Shown: positions 7,110 through 16,000, counted from the stretch's first letter. The stretch is DNA of 31,768 bases from Gammaproteobacteria bacterium (GCA_018671205.1 JABHIC010000005.1:1-31768); one strand, 5' to 3'. Notes: generated from the sequence alone by a model not told the origin. Numbers and translations are program-made.

Positions 7110-10025
7110 ATGATTGGAGTGATATATCTGATGATGCGGGGGAATATAAAGGTGGCGCAAGTGAACAGAATTAGAGAAAAATCATCGGTCAGGATCACAT
7201 TACTGCTGCTTACACTTAGCACTGTATGGTTGGCACCGTTGAAAGCCTATGCCGAGTTTAATGATCCCATTGGGGATTTGCTTGAAAATATAGCTCCGAA
7301 TGGAGAGCAGCCCGATGATTCACTGTTTATCAATAGCAAAGAGCAGCGTGACCAATATGACCCGGATAAATTGCCTCAGCCACAACTGGAGAAGCAAGGT
7401 GATTCATTAATATTGCGTTGGAGTGGATTGCGTGCCTATCTGCATCCGGAGGCTTCGACGGTCAATGAAAATGATATGGGTTGGGGAGGTCACCAGCCAG
7501 AACAACAAAATCCGCAACAATTGGCTGAAGATTCAACCGTCCGATTAGTACACAATGCAGGAGAAAAGATACTTCACCGTCGCCTGATAGATACCGTTGA
7601 GCAAGATGCAGAAATACTGCGGGGCCTGCTTAACAAGCAATTGAAAAAATTAGACCAACCGGTGGTGGTGCAAAGCCAACGTAATAATATTGGTTTCTTT
7701 CTGTTGGCGACACCTGTGCTGACACTGGATGTTGAGTGGAAAATTCCTCTCAGAGGTATTGAGGACGTATTAAAGAAACAGCGATTCGTAGCAGAGAAGA
7801 AGCGTAAAGAAGAGAAGAAGCGCCTGGTAGCCGAGCGCAAACGTAAGGTAGCAGAACGTAAACGCAAGGCAGCAGAGGCACGCCTTGCAGCAGAACGTAA
7901 ACGCAAGGTGGAGCAAGAACGTCTGGTAGTAGAGCGTAAACGTAAGGCGGAAGAGCAACGCTTAGCGGCAGAACGCAAACGTAAGGCAGAAGAGGAACGC
8001 CTGGCAGCAGAACGCAAACGCAAAGCGGAAGAAAAACGTCTGGCAGCAGAACGTAAGCGCCAGAAGGAGGTAGAGTTAGTTAAGAAGCGCTGCCGAGAGG
8101 CACTTCCTGTTCGTGATTGGAATCGGGCATGGCAGTTGTGTCCGGGTAGTGTTGTGGCAGGACACAATGTAGTGGTTACACGGCTGGAAGAGGGGGATTC
8201 AGTCGCCGCCCTGGAGGCATTGCAAGAGTTGAAGAAGCGTTTCCCAGCTCATCCACGGGTAAAAAAGTTACAAGATATGCTGCTCTCCCCCTTTAAGTTG
8301 GCCGGGGAGCGTGCGCAGCGTAAATTGCAGCAGTGGGTAATGCGCCCCAGCGAAGTGCCGCCATTTACCGAACGGCCACCTCAAAAGCCAGAGGCACCAC
8401 CACTACCGACTCTGGTCAAGGATGAGTTTGAGACGACTGCAATGTTTCAGAACAGGGTGGAGCAGGCCCGAAAGCAGCGTGAAGAGTTGATTCGTGAAAT
8501 TGAAGAGGATTACATAGCAGAGGTAGACTCATTTAATGCAGCAGTGAAGCGGCATAATGAGATCGTGAAACAGGAACAGGCAGATCGTGCCAGTAACCAG
8601 AAACGGGCACAAATGCGTCGTCAATTTCTTGCTGAGACGATTAGCGAGGTGTTGGGTGATCCGAAACTGGGTGAGCTCAAGTATGATGCAGACAGTGCCA
8701 CCTTCTTTACACGGTTATATACCCGCAATGGCCTGTTTGATGAGCGTGTCACAGTCTCCGTACCGCTCGATCAGGCGCGAGATTTCAAGCGTGGTGCAAG
8801 CGCCGTTGAACCGAGAATTTACTTCAGCGAAGATAATGGTGTGTTGAAGCTGGCCCGGATTGAGGCGCATCTGGAAAATAACCACTACAGCGTAGCACAG
8901 ACGCAAGAGAGCTTTGTCCCTGTGACCTTGAAGCAGCAGGTTGCCGCTGTAGATCTGATGATTGATGAGTTGCCGATGCTGGAGACAGAAGCACTGGATA
9001 CATCAGCGCTGGTGGCAGATAGCGATAACTACTTTAAAGAGGCGTTGCAACTACAAAAGGATCCTCAACTGGCCAAACTGCAACAGCAGGAGGCGGAAAA
9101 CCGTCGAAAACTGCGTGATGCGCAGCAGCGCAGAGCAAGGGAAGAGAGACGCAAGCGTATGGAAGAGGTAGTGCGTGAACAACAACGCCAACTGGCTGTG
9201 TTGGGTGGTCCGGAAGCGGAGGAGCTGAAAGGGTTGGAGCCAAAACGTAGTTGGCGTTTCCAGAGAGCGGCCTCTGATCAAAAAGTTGCTGAGGAGAGCT
9301 ATGCGGTGGTGATTGGTAATCGTAACTATCGTAATGGGGTACCCATGCTCCACTATGCACGCAATGATGCCAAAGCGATGCGCCAGTTCTTCCATGAGGC
9401 GATGGGGTTGCCCGAGGAGAACATTCTCTATCAGGAAGATGCCACCATGGGGGATATGGTGGGTATCTTTGAGTCTAGCCTGCCCAAGCGGGTTCAAGCG
9501 GATAAGAGTAAGGTCTACGTCTATTTCTCTGGCCATGGTATGCCCACGGGTAAGGATGCGCGACTGCTGCCGGTGGATAGCCGTCCAGAGACAGCGGAAG
9601 TGACCGGTTATTCGCGCAAACGGATGCTGCAACAGCTAGCAATGCTGTCGGCCAGTGAGACCACAGTAATGCTGGATGCCTGTTTTACTGGTATATCAGG
9701 TGGTCGCTCACTAACGCCGGGGGCAAAGGCGATCTACCGTCGTGCACCGGATGCAGGGGTGCCAAAAAATATGGTGCTGATCAGTGCCAGTGGTGCCGAT
9801 GAAAGCTCCTGGCAGGATGATGAGGCAGGGTTGAGCTTGATGACACTCCACTTTTTAGAGGGCGTTACAGGTAAGGCCGATCAAGACGGGGATAGAGCCA
9901 TCCATACCAGCGAACTGCAGAGCTATCTGCAGGGAGAGGTAAACAGAGCAGCCGTTATTTTGCATGAGAGCAGTCAACATCCGCAGGTGCGGGGTAGCGC
10001 GCGTTCGCTATTGCGTTATGAATAG
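7110..10025 (+). CDS. Large exported caspase-family (peptidase C14) protein with charged coiled-coil repeats
   Basis: C-terminal YAVVIGNRNY, YFSGHG (His) and MLDACFTG (Cys) motifs. Signal-like segment ending AYA-EF. Exact start uncertain. Confidence 0.88.
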   Translation: MIGVIYLMMRGNIKVAQVNRIREKSSVRITLLLLTLSTVWLAPLKAYAEFNDPIGDLLENIAPNGEQPDDSLFINSKEQRDQYDPDKLPQPQLEKQGDSLILRWSGLRAYLHPEASTVNENDMGWGGHQPEQQNPQQLAEDSTVRLVHNAGEKILHRRLIDTVEQDAEILRGLLNKQLKKLDQPVVVQSQRNNIGFFLLATPVLTLDVEWKIPLRGIEDVLKKQRFVAEKKRKEEKKRLVAERKRKVAERKRKAAEARLAAERKRKVEQERLVVERKRKAEEQRLAAERKRKAEEERLAAERKRKAEEKRLAAERKRQKEVELVKKRCREALPVRDWNRAWQLCPGSVVAGHNVVVTRLEEGDSVAALEALQELKKRFPAHPRVKKLQDMLLSPFKLAGERAQRKLQQWVMRPSEVPPFTERPPQKPEAPPLPTLVKDEFETTAMFQNRVEQARKQREELIREIEEDYIAEVDSFNAAVKRHNEIVKQEQADRASNQKRAQMRRQFLAETISEVLGDPKLGELKYDADSATFFTRLYTRNGLFDERVTVSVPLDQARDFKRGASAVEPRIYFSEDNGVLKLARIEAHLENNHYSVAQTQESFVPVTLKQQVAAVDLMIDELPMLETEALDTSALVADSDNYFKEALQLQKDPQLAKLQQQEAENRRKLRDAQQRRAREERRKRMEEVVREQQRQLAVLGGPEAEELKGLEPKRSWRFQRAASDQKVAEESYAVVIGNRNYRNGVPMLHYARNDAKAMRQFFHEAMGLPEENILYQEDATMGDMVGIFESSLPKRVQADKSKVYVYFSGHGMPTGKDARLLPVDSRPETAEVTGYSRKRMLQQLAMLSASETTVMLDACFTGISGGRSLTPGAKAIYRRAPDAGVPKNMVLISASGADESSWQDDEAGLSLMTLHFLEGVTGKADQDGDRAIHTSELQSYLQGEVNRAAVILHESSQHPQVRGSARSLLRYE
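7791..8063 (+). repeat. Coding tandem repeat, ~39-bp unit (AERKRKAEExRLA), six full plus partial copies
   Basis: Read directly in the DNA and protein of the caspase gene. Confidence 0.9.
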
Positions 10026-10049
10026 TATTCAATAAAAAGGCATAGTCGT

Positions 10050-11093
10050 ATGAAAAGAGATCGGAACCGTCTTTTTGAAGTAGGGGTGCTTACCTTGCTG
10101 ATACTGATGACAGTGAGCAGGGGGGCTATTGCTGAGCTGGTGTGGAAACCTACGGGTGATGCTAGGGGTATAAAGCTGGAGATGATGAAGGTGAGTGAGG
10201 AGCCGGGGGATGCATTGGCTAAGGCTAAGGCAAGAGCAGAGGCTAAGGCAAGGGCAGAGGCCAAGGCTAGAGCAGAGGCCAAGGCTAGAGCAGAGGCCAA
10301 GGCTAGAGCTAATGGTCTTTGGACCGACCCCTACAGTGGGATCGAGTTTGTTTGGATTCCTGCGGGAGAGTTTATGATGGGGAGTCCCACCTCAGAGCCA
10401 GGTAGAGATAATGATGAGCGGCAACATCGGGTTAAGCTGACCGAAGGGTACTGGATGGGCAAATATGAGGTGACCCAGGGACAGTGGAAAAAGGTGATGG
10501 GGAACAACCCCTCCAACTTTACAAGCTGTGGCAGCAGCTGCCCGGTAGAGATGATCTCATGGGAGGATACCCAGAGCTTTATCCGCAAGCTTAACGGCAG
10601 AGGCAACGGCACCTTCAAACTGCCGAGTGAGGCGCAGTGGGAGTATGCGGCGCGGGCGGGGAGCACCACTGCACTCTATAGTGGCAATCTTACGATAAAG
10701 GGTAAAAATAATGGACCAGAGCTAGATCCGATATCTTGGTACGGAGGTAATAGCGGTGTTCACTATAGCGGTGGTTATGACTGCTCTGGATGGAGTGAAA
10801 AACAGTACAGTAGCAACAGCTGTGGAACCCACCCGGTGGGTAAAAAACAGCCCAATAATTATGGTCTGTATGATATGAGCGGCAACGTATGGGAGTGGGT
10901 GAATGACTGGAAAGGGGGTTATCCGACTGGCACGGTAACGGATCCGGAGGGACCCAGCTCAGGTCGGAGCCGCGTGTATCGTGGCGGCAGCTGGCTCCAC
11001 TACGCGGGGAGCCTGCGTTCTGCGGATCGCTACGACGATTCGCCCAGCTATCGCAACCGCTACCTCGGGGTTCGTCTTTTGAGGCAACCTTAG
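10050..11093 (+). CDS. DGR target protein 1: signal peptide, AKARAE repeats, FGE-sulfatase/CLec-fold domain with VR1
   Basis: FxMGS, YEVTQGQW, LPSEAQWEYAARAG, GNVWEW and RGGSW motifs. The 3' end matches the TR except at adenines. Confidence 0.95.
   Translation: MKRDRNRLFEVGVLTLLILMTVSRGAIAELVWKPTGDARGIKLEMMKVSEEPGDALAKAKARAEAKARAEAKARAEAKARAEAKARANGLWTDPYSGIEFVWIPAGEFMMGSPTSEPGRDNDERQHRVKLTEGYWMGKYEVTQGQWKKVMGNNPSNFTSCGSSCPVEMISWEDTQSFIRKLNGRGNGTFKLPSEAQWEYAARAGSTTALYSGNLTIKGKNNGPELDPISWYGGNSGVHYSGGYDCSGWSEKQYSSNSCGTHPVGKKQPNNYGLYDMSGNVWEWVNDWKGGYPTGTVTDPEGPSSGRSRVYRGGSWLHYAGSLRSADRYDDSPSYRNRYLGVRLLRQP
10224..10313 (+). repeat. Coding tandem repeat, 18-bp unit (AKARAE) x5
   Basis: GC(T/C)AAGGC(A/T)AG(A/G)GCAGAG-type units; the last unit ends in N. 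Confidence 0.9.
10959..11083 (+). repeat. DGR variable repeat VR1
   Basis: Ungapped 125-nt alignment to TR 28846-28970 with 19 mismatches, all at TR adenines. Confidence 0.97.
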
Positions 11094-11355
11094 TAGCGCT
11101 CTGCACTTTTACCCTTTTACCCTTTTACCCTCGAATGGGTAGCCGTAGAGGAGTAGGGGCCGGGCGTGCGCAGCCGACCCGAGCACCGGAACCACTACGG
11201 CGGTGGTGATGGTAGAGTCATTAGTTTTGGCACGGATAGACCCACGGGGCGAAGCCCCGACGCGATTTTTTTGCGTGGAGAGGGTCACTCATTAGCCCCC
11301 TCCGTGTCAGGTCTTGCTTTGTGCCTTTGGCTTCACTAATTCACGAGTCAGCAGG
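11094..11355 (+). repeat. Conserved post-target element, copy 1
   Basis: Near-identical to 14975-15230; the first ~170 nt are also shared with 26833-27004. Contains TACCC-TCGAAT-GGGTA (11126-41) and CGGGGC-GAA-GCCCCG (11245-59). Confidence 0.9.
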
Positions 11356-11440
11356 GGATTACAGGGTCAGAGGGGATTACAGAGGGGATTACAGGGTCAG
11401 TTCTAAGGGATTACACTAAGGATTACAGGGTCAGTTCTAA
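11354..11440. repeat. Irregular short tandem repeats GGATTACA(GGGTCAG)
   Basis: Five GGATTACA cores, three followed by GGGTCAG. No unique spacers. Confidence 0.8.
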
Positions 11441-11522
11441 CATTGCTGAAAATAAAAAAGGGACAGATTTATTTTAGAGGCTGCAGAATGTCTAACTTTT
11501 AATCCTCCCTAGTAATACATTT

Positions 11523-11569
11523 ATGTAGCTACCATATTTATTGACACTGCATATTTTTGTAGCTACAAT
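11523..11569 (+). promoter_or_regulatory. Sigma70 promoter of brnTA with two palindromic operator candidates
   Basis: TTGACA (11541-46), 17 nt, TACAAT (11564-69). Palindrome TTGTAGCTACAA (11557-68) overlaps the -10 box, and a second GTAGCTAC lies at 11525-32. Confidence 0.8.
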
Positions 11570-11576
11570 AATAAGT

Positions 11577-11843
11577 ATGAAGATCGAGTTTGATCCAGAA
11601 AAGAACCGCGTCAACATTGATAAACATCAGATCCCTCTAACTGAGGCCCATCGGGTTGAGTGGGACACTTTATGGTGTAAAGAGGATGTTCGCAGGGATT
11701 ATAACGAGACTCGTATGATAGGTTATGCCTATATTGGGCTGCGCCTTCACTGTGTAATTTATACGGATCGTGGTGAGGTGCGCCGCATTATCAGTTTACG
11801 AAAAGCCAATAAACGGGAGTTGAAGAGTTATGCCGAAGCTTAA
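11577..11843 (+). CDS. brnT: BrnT-family toxin (DUF497)
   Basis: MKIEFDPEKNRVNIDKH...RRIISLRKANKRE. Start moved to ATG 11577, downstream of the promoter. Confidence 0.88.
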   Translation: MKIEFDPEKNRVNIDKHQIPLTEAHRVEWDTLWCKEDVRRDYNETRMIGYAYIGLRLHCVIYTDRGEVRRIISLRKANKRELKSYAEA

Positions 11844-12105
11844 ACCCGGAACTATTATTCCTACCGATGAAGAGGATACTGCAATCAATGATGGTATCGT
11901 CGCTGACCCGGATACTTATGAACTTTCTAGCGAGGAATTCAAGCAGTTACGCCCTGTAGGTCGTCCCAAGAGTGAGAATAAAAAGGTGCTACTCTCTGTG
12001 CGTTATAGCCAAGAGGTGGTGGAGTACTTCAAATCTACTGGCAAGGGGTGGCAGACCCGCATGAATGAAGTACTGCAAGAGTATATAGCCTCACACTCTC
12101 ATTGA
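11830..12105 (+). CDS. brnA: BrnA-family antitoxin (DUF4415)
   Basis: VGRPK...SVRYSQEVVEYFKSTGKGWQTRMNEVL; overlaps brnT. Confidence 0.88.
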   Translation: MPKLKPGTIIPTDEEDTAINDGIVADPDTYELSSEEFKQLRPVGRPKSENKKVLLSVRYSQEVVEYFKSTGKGWQTRMNEVLQEYIASHSH

Positions 12106-12122
12106 GCTGTATGATTTCCAGC

Positions 12123-12144
12123 TCCCCGCCTTTGTGGGGATGAC
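12123..12144. repeat. Degenerate REP-like palindrome after brnA
   Basis: TCCCCGC-CTTT-GTGGGGA-TGAC, resembling common TCCCGC...GCGGGAATGAC intergenic repeats. Confidence 0.4.
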
Positions 12145-12238
12145 GGCTTTCTTCGGAATTATTAAAATGAGAACTAATTCAGGTCACTACACCATCATAA
12201 TTGAGGTCAAGATGTTAGGCCTTGCCTTGTTGAATATC

Positions 12239-12658
12239 TCATTGCCCGCTGTCACGAATCTCCCCAAAGGCCCGCACCCGTACCGTATCCCCCTCTATCC
12301 TCTTGCAAGTGACAATATCATGTACCTGCCCGGCAGCGTATAGAGTAGTCTGATCACTCACCCGTCCAGACTCCATCGAAACCTCCTGTATCACCATACT
12401 GGCAACCGCTACACGAATCTCGGCCAGAGCCATGGTTCGTGCGGCCATCACGGCCCGTTGCTGCAGTACTGAATGGGGAGGACAGGGGGACTCGGTACAC
12501 TGATAGGCGATACTGGTTTGCGCCTCGCGTGCCAGTTTATAGCTATCAATGGAGCGCCACTGATCACTACAGCCAGACTCCCCGGACGCAATCACAGAGG
12601 CTGAAAAAGTGACCCATAACAGGGTAGAGAGAGTGCTAAGCGTAGATAAATGGGACAT
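12239..12658 (-). CDS. Exported hypothetical protein, LPP20-like
   Basis: Signal-like N-terminus. AVMAARTMALAEI...MESGRV...AAGQV resembles LPP20-type domains. Divergent from target 2. Confidence 0.55.
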   Translation of the reverse strand: MSHLSTLSTLSTLLWVTFSASVIASGESGCSDQWRSIDSYKLAREAQTSIAYQCTESPCPPHSVLQQRAVMAARTMALAEIRVAVASMVIQEVSMESGRVSDQTTLYAAGQVHDIVTCKRIEGDTVRVRAFGEIRDSGQ

Positions 12659-12763
12659 GTGGATGGGGGTGACCTTACGGATGGTTTAAGCAGACCAAAG
12701 ATAGCACGGTTTCCACACTGCCACTATTTACCACCACACTTTTTATGGGTTACGATGGGCACC

Positions 12764-14974
12764 ATGAAACTTCTCTCTATAGTACCTTCTGCCCTGCTGT
12801 TGATGGCAATACTCTCTCCCCCGGTTTTTTCAGCAGCAGAGCCACCAGTTCCGGTGGTTTTGCAACTGCCTGCAGGTGGCGGTGCCGCCCGCTGTGAGGC
12901 GGGGCGAGAACAGTTCTCAACCGCCCTCAAGACACTCGGTCGACCACTGAACATGGAGCAGGCCAGCCAGCAGTGGAGCACCCTGTTTGATGCTCGTGAA
13001 ACAGAGCACCGACAATGGAAGAGCACAAAAGAGCGGCTACGCCGCAGCTTTCTGCAACAACAGGCCAGCGCCAAACAGCAGAGCGAACGCCTCAGCGAGT
13101 TGCAGGCCGAAAAAACCCGATTAGCGGCCGCTATTCGCCAAAAGCAGGAGGTTATCTCCACCGTAAAGCAGCGTGACAGCTCCTACAGCAAGCAGATCGC
13201 CGACGAGGCTCAGCGTCGGGTCGTGGTACTGTTTGATCTCAACTACGATGGCTGGGGCAACGGTACCTCCTGGGGAGAGGCCTTCCGTCAGGCGCAGTCT
13301 CACTGGATGGGAGAGCTGATCGAACAGTCGATGGGGGTTGGTGTCAGCTCCGAGGCGCGGCTGGTCAACGGCCTGTTGATTGAGCAGCGCGCCAAGAGCC
13401 GGGTTGCCGGAAGTGTCGATCCACGTGGTGATGCCATCCACTGGGCACTCTCCGATACCGCAGATGGGCTCTCTCACAGTCTGGTAGTACAGAGCTTTAC
13501 CGTGAGTCCGCTCAAGGGGGAGATCCCCGCTCAACAAGAGCTGGGTAGTGGTATCCGCATGGGACAAACCCCACGAATGCTCCTACAGCAAGATCAGCTG
13601 GCGGAACAGCTCTCCATGCTCCCCCCCGGACTAAAATCCAGAATTGGCGCACTGATTAAAGAGAGTAACGAGACCAACCAGCGCACAGACCAGAATATTG
13701 CCGGTCTGCGCAGCGAATGGCAGCAGAAACGCCAGAGTCAAAATGTGTCGCAGATGGAGCGTGAGCTTCAAACCCTCAAGCGAAAAAAGCAACAGAGCGC
13801 TATCCAGGTAAAAAAACTGAAGAAGGTGGTAACCGCAGAGAAGCGGACAGAGGCAGAGAGCGCAAAACATCTTCAGCAGCATCAGGCCAAAGAGGTGGTG
13901 CCACTAGAGACACGTCTTAGCAAGCCGGTTGGGGTGCTCTCCCCGCGAGATGTAGCCACAGAGTTGACCCTGGAGGCGTGCAGGGAGTTGATGAAAAAGG
14001 CGAAGGAGAGCCGTCATAGTAGCACCACGACGGTAGAGCAGGGGCGTTTGACTCAGGCACAACAGCAGCAGGGGAGGAGGGCGCTGCAGCTGCAGCAGCT
14101 GGAGCTGTTTCCGCTGGGGTATGGGGTAGAGGCGGGAGAGCGCAAGGTCAAGGTGGCGCTGTATGGGCGCTTTCGTAGTGGCGGGCAGGTCGATGTTGCA
14201 ACTAACAGCAACGACCTGAAGCCAGTGTTGGCTGCTGTGAAACGCAAGGCAGGGGATAGCTGGACCGACCCCTATAGCGGGATCGAGTTTGTCTGGATCC
14301 CTGCGGGAGAGTTTAAGATGGGTAGTCCGTCCTCTGAGCCGGAAAGAGATGATGATGAGCGGCAACATCGAGTGAAGCTGACCGAAGGGTACTGGCTGGG
14401 AAAATATGAGGTGACGCAGGGACAGTGGAAAAAGGTGATGGGGAACAACCCCGCCAACTTTACAAGCTGTGGCAGCGACTGCCCGGTAGAGAAGATCTCA
14501 TGGGAGGATACTCAGGACTTTATCCGCAAGCTAAACGGCAGAGGCAACGGCAGCTTCAAGCTGCCGAGTGAGGCGCAGTGGGAGTATGCGGCCCGGGCAG
14601 GGACAACCACCCCGTTCTCGTTTGGAGACAACATCACCACCTCAGAGGCAAACTATGATGGAAACTACCCCTACAATGGGAATGCCAAAGGACGCTATCG
14701 GCAAACCACGGTAGCGGTGGGCAGTTTCCCAGCAAACAGCTGGGGACTGCATGAGATGCATGGCAACGTATGGGAGTGGGTGAATGACTGGTATGGAAAG
14801 TATCCATCAGGCACGGTAATAGATCCGGAGGGACCCAGTTCAGGTCAGTACCGCGTGTTTCGTGGCGGCAGCTGGCACAACTACGCGGAGTACCTGCGTT
14901 CTGCGTTTCGCTACAGCCTTTCGCCCGGCTTTCGCTACAACCGCCTCGGGGTTCGTCTTGTGAGGCAACCTTAG
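12764..14974 (+). CDS. DGR target protein 2: signal peptide, long coiled-coil region, FGE-sulfatase/CLec-fold domain with VR2
   Basis: Same FGE-domain motifs as target 1. Start moved to ATG 12764 (MKLLSIVPSALLL...), since the ORF-track start at 12650 overlaps the divergent gene. Confidence 0.93.
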   Translation: MKLLSIVPSALLLMAILSPPVFSAAEPPVPVVLQLPAGGGAARCEAGREQFSTALKTLGRPLNMEQASQQWSTLFDARETEHRQWKSTKERLRRSFLQQQASAKQQSERLSELQAEKTRLAAAIRQKQEVISTVKQRDSSYSKQIADEAQRRVVVLFDLNYDGWGNGTSWGEAFRQAQSHWMGELIEQSMGVGVSSEARLVNGLLIEQRAKSRVAGSVDPRGDAIHWALSDTADGLSHSLVVQSFTVSPLKGEIPAQQELGSGIRMGQTPRMLLQQDQLAEQLSMLPPGLKSRIGALIKESNETNQRTDQNIAGLRSEWQQKRQSQNVSQMERELQTLKRKKQQSAIQVKKLKKVVTAEKRTEAESAKHLQQHQAKEVVPLETRLSKPVGVLSPRDVATELTLEACRELMKKAKESRHSSTTTVEQGRLTQAQQQQGRRALQLQQLELFPLGYGVEAGERKVKVALYGRFRSGGQVDVATNSNDLKPVLAAVKRKAGDSWTDPYSGIEFVWIPAGEFKMGSPSSEPERDDDERQHRVKLTEGYWLGKYEVTQGQWKKVMGNNPANFTSCGSDCPVEKISWEDTQDFIRKLNGRGNGSFKLPSEAQWEYAARAGTTTPFSFGDNITTSEANYDGNYPYNGNAKGRYRQTTVAVGSFPANSWGLHEMHGNVWEWVNDWYGKYPSGTVIDPEGPSSGQYRVFRGGSWHNYAEYLRSAFRYSLSPGFRYNRLGVRLVRQP
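14840..14964 (+). repeat. DGR variable repeat VR2
   Basis: Ungapped 125-nt alignment to TR with 20 mismatches, all at TR adenines. Confidence 0.97.
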
Positions 14975-15230
14975 TAGCCCTCTGCTCTTTTACCATTTTA
15001 CCCTTGCAGAGGTAGCCGTAGAGGAGTAGGGGCCGGGCGTGCGCAGCCGACCCGAGCACCGGAACCACTACGGCGGTGGGTAGTGGTACTTTCTTTAAGG
15101 TTGGCACGGATAGACCTACGGGGCGAAGCCCCGACGCGATTTTTTTTGCGTGGAGAGGGTCACTCATTAGCCCCCTCCGTGTCAGGTCTTGCTTTGTGCC
15201 TTTGGCTTCACTAATTCACGAGTCAGCAGG
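14975..15230 (+). repeat. Conserved post-target element, copy 2
   Basis: Near-identical to 11094-11355. Contains CGGGGC-GAA-GCCCCG at 15119-33. Confidence 0.9.
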
Positions 15231-15420
15231 ATTATTAGGTCGGTTGAGAGAGCAAGGGGCAAGCCCTTTGTTGCTTTTATGACCCTTGTTGCTATTCAGA
15301 TTAATTCAAAAAAAATCTAATTTTTCTCTCTCTTTTCTCATTCAGGGAAAAACCACCCAAACCCTTTCATATCCTCGATTGAAACAGCGGTTGTTTTGAT
15401 CAATATTCAGGAGAAGAGAG

Positions 15421-15990
15421 ATGGTTACCAATAGACATCGGTTAAAAATTACTGTGCTGGCACTGTCGGTGGCGGCATTGAGCGGTTGTAACAGCATGAC
15501 GGCGTTGAATCTGAAACAGCAGCAGGGGGATGAGGGGATCGGCTACCGAGAGGTCCGCTTTGATGAAATTTCGCAACAGCGTGAGTATCAGCAGTGCCGG
15601 GATGAGGCCTTCGAGATGGACCGCAAGGCGATGAGTAGCGCCTCTGCCGGGGGATATCTGACCAGTGCGCGGCTACTGGAGAAGTGTGAGTCACGCCTTA
15701 CCGGTAGTGGTGAGATCGATGAGCAGCAACGGATGCAAGGGTATGCGCTATCGGTTCAGAACTACATGAAGGCGGGTGATCTGGACCAGGCGCGTGTCAA
15801 TCTCACCCAATTCAAACAGACCTTCCCCGATCAGGATCTCTACTACCCGGATGGAACCTCCTTTATTGAAACCATGGAGGTGCTGCTGGGGCAGGCCAAC
15901 TCAACCGACTACGGCTTCTTCTCAGTGCTGAATGTGAATACCGATCTCAAGTCCGAGATGGGGCGTCAGAACTACTGGAAGCATAACTAA
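15421..15990 (+). CDS. Putative lipoprotein, helical (TPR-like)
   Basis: Lipobox LSGC; AGGAG RBS. Confidence 0.75.
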   Translation: MVTNRHRLKITVLALSVAALSGCNSMTALNLKQQQGDEGIGYREVRFDEISQQREYQQCRDEAFEMDRKAMSSASAGGYLTSARLLEKCESRLTGSGEIDEQQRMQGYALSVQNYMKAGDLDQARVNLTQFKQTFPDQDLYYPDGTSFIETMEVLLGQANSTDYGFFSVLNVNTDLKSEMGRQNYWKHN

Positions 15991-16000
15991 GGAGCACAGC

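Noticed and set aside
7574-8167. 197-aa antisense ORF and other long overlapping ORFs (e.g. 9051-9632, 13121-13567, 14634-15167, 10016-10300)
   Set aside because: They are shadows of well-supported + strand genes or repeats and show no motifs of their own.
11227-11243. Sigma54 promoter (TGGCACG) in the post-target repeat
   Set aside because: There is no TTGC at the -12 position, and copy 3 reads GGGCACG.
11354-11440. CRISPR array
   Set aside because: The repeats are 8-15 nt, irregular and lack unique spacers; there are no cas genes. The 39-bp and 18-bp repeats elsewhere are coding.
15076-15282. 68-aa ORF, and the 26934-27020 extension of the HRDC ORF with the same GTDRPxGRSPDA text
   Set aside because: Both are translations of the conserved post-target element; copy 1 of that element has no equivalent ORF in the track.
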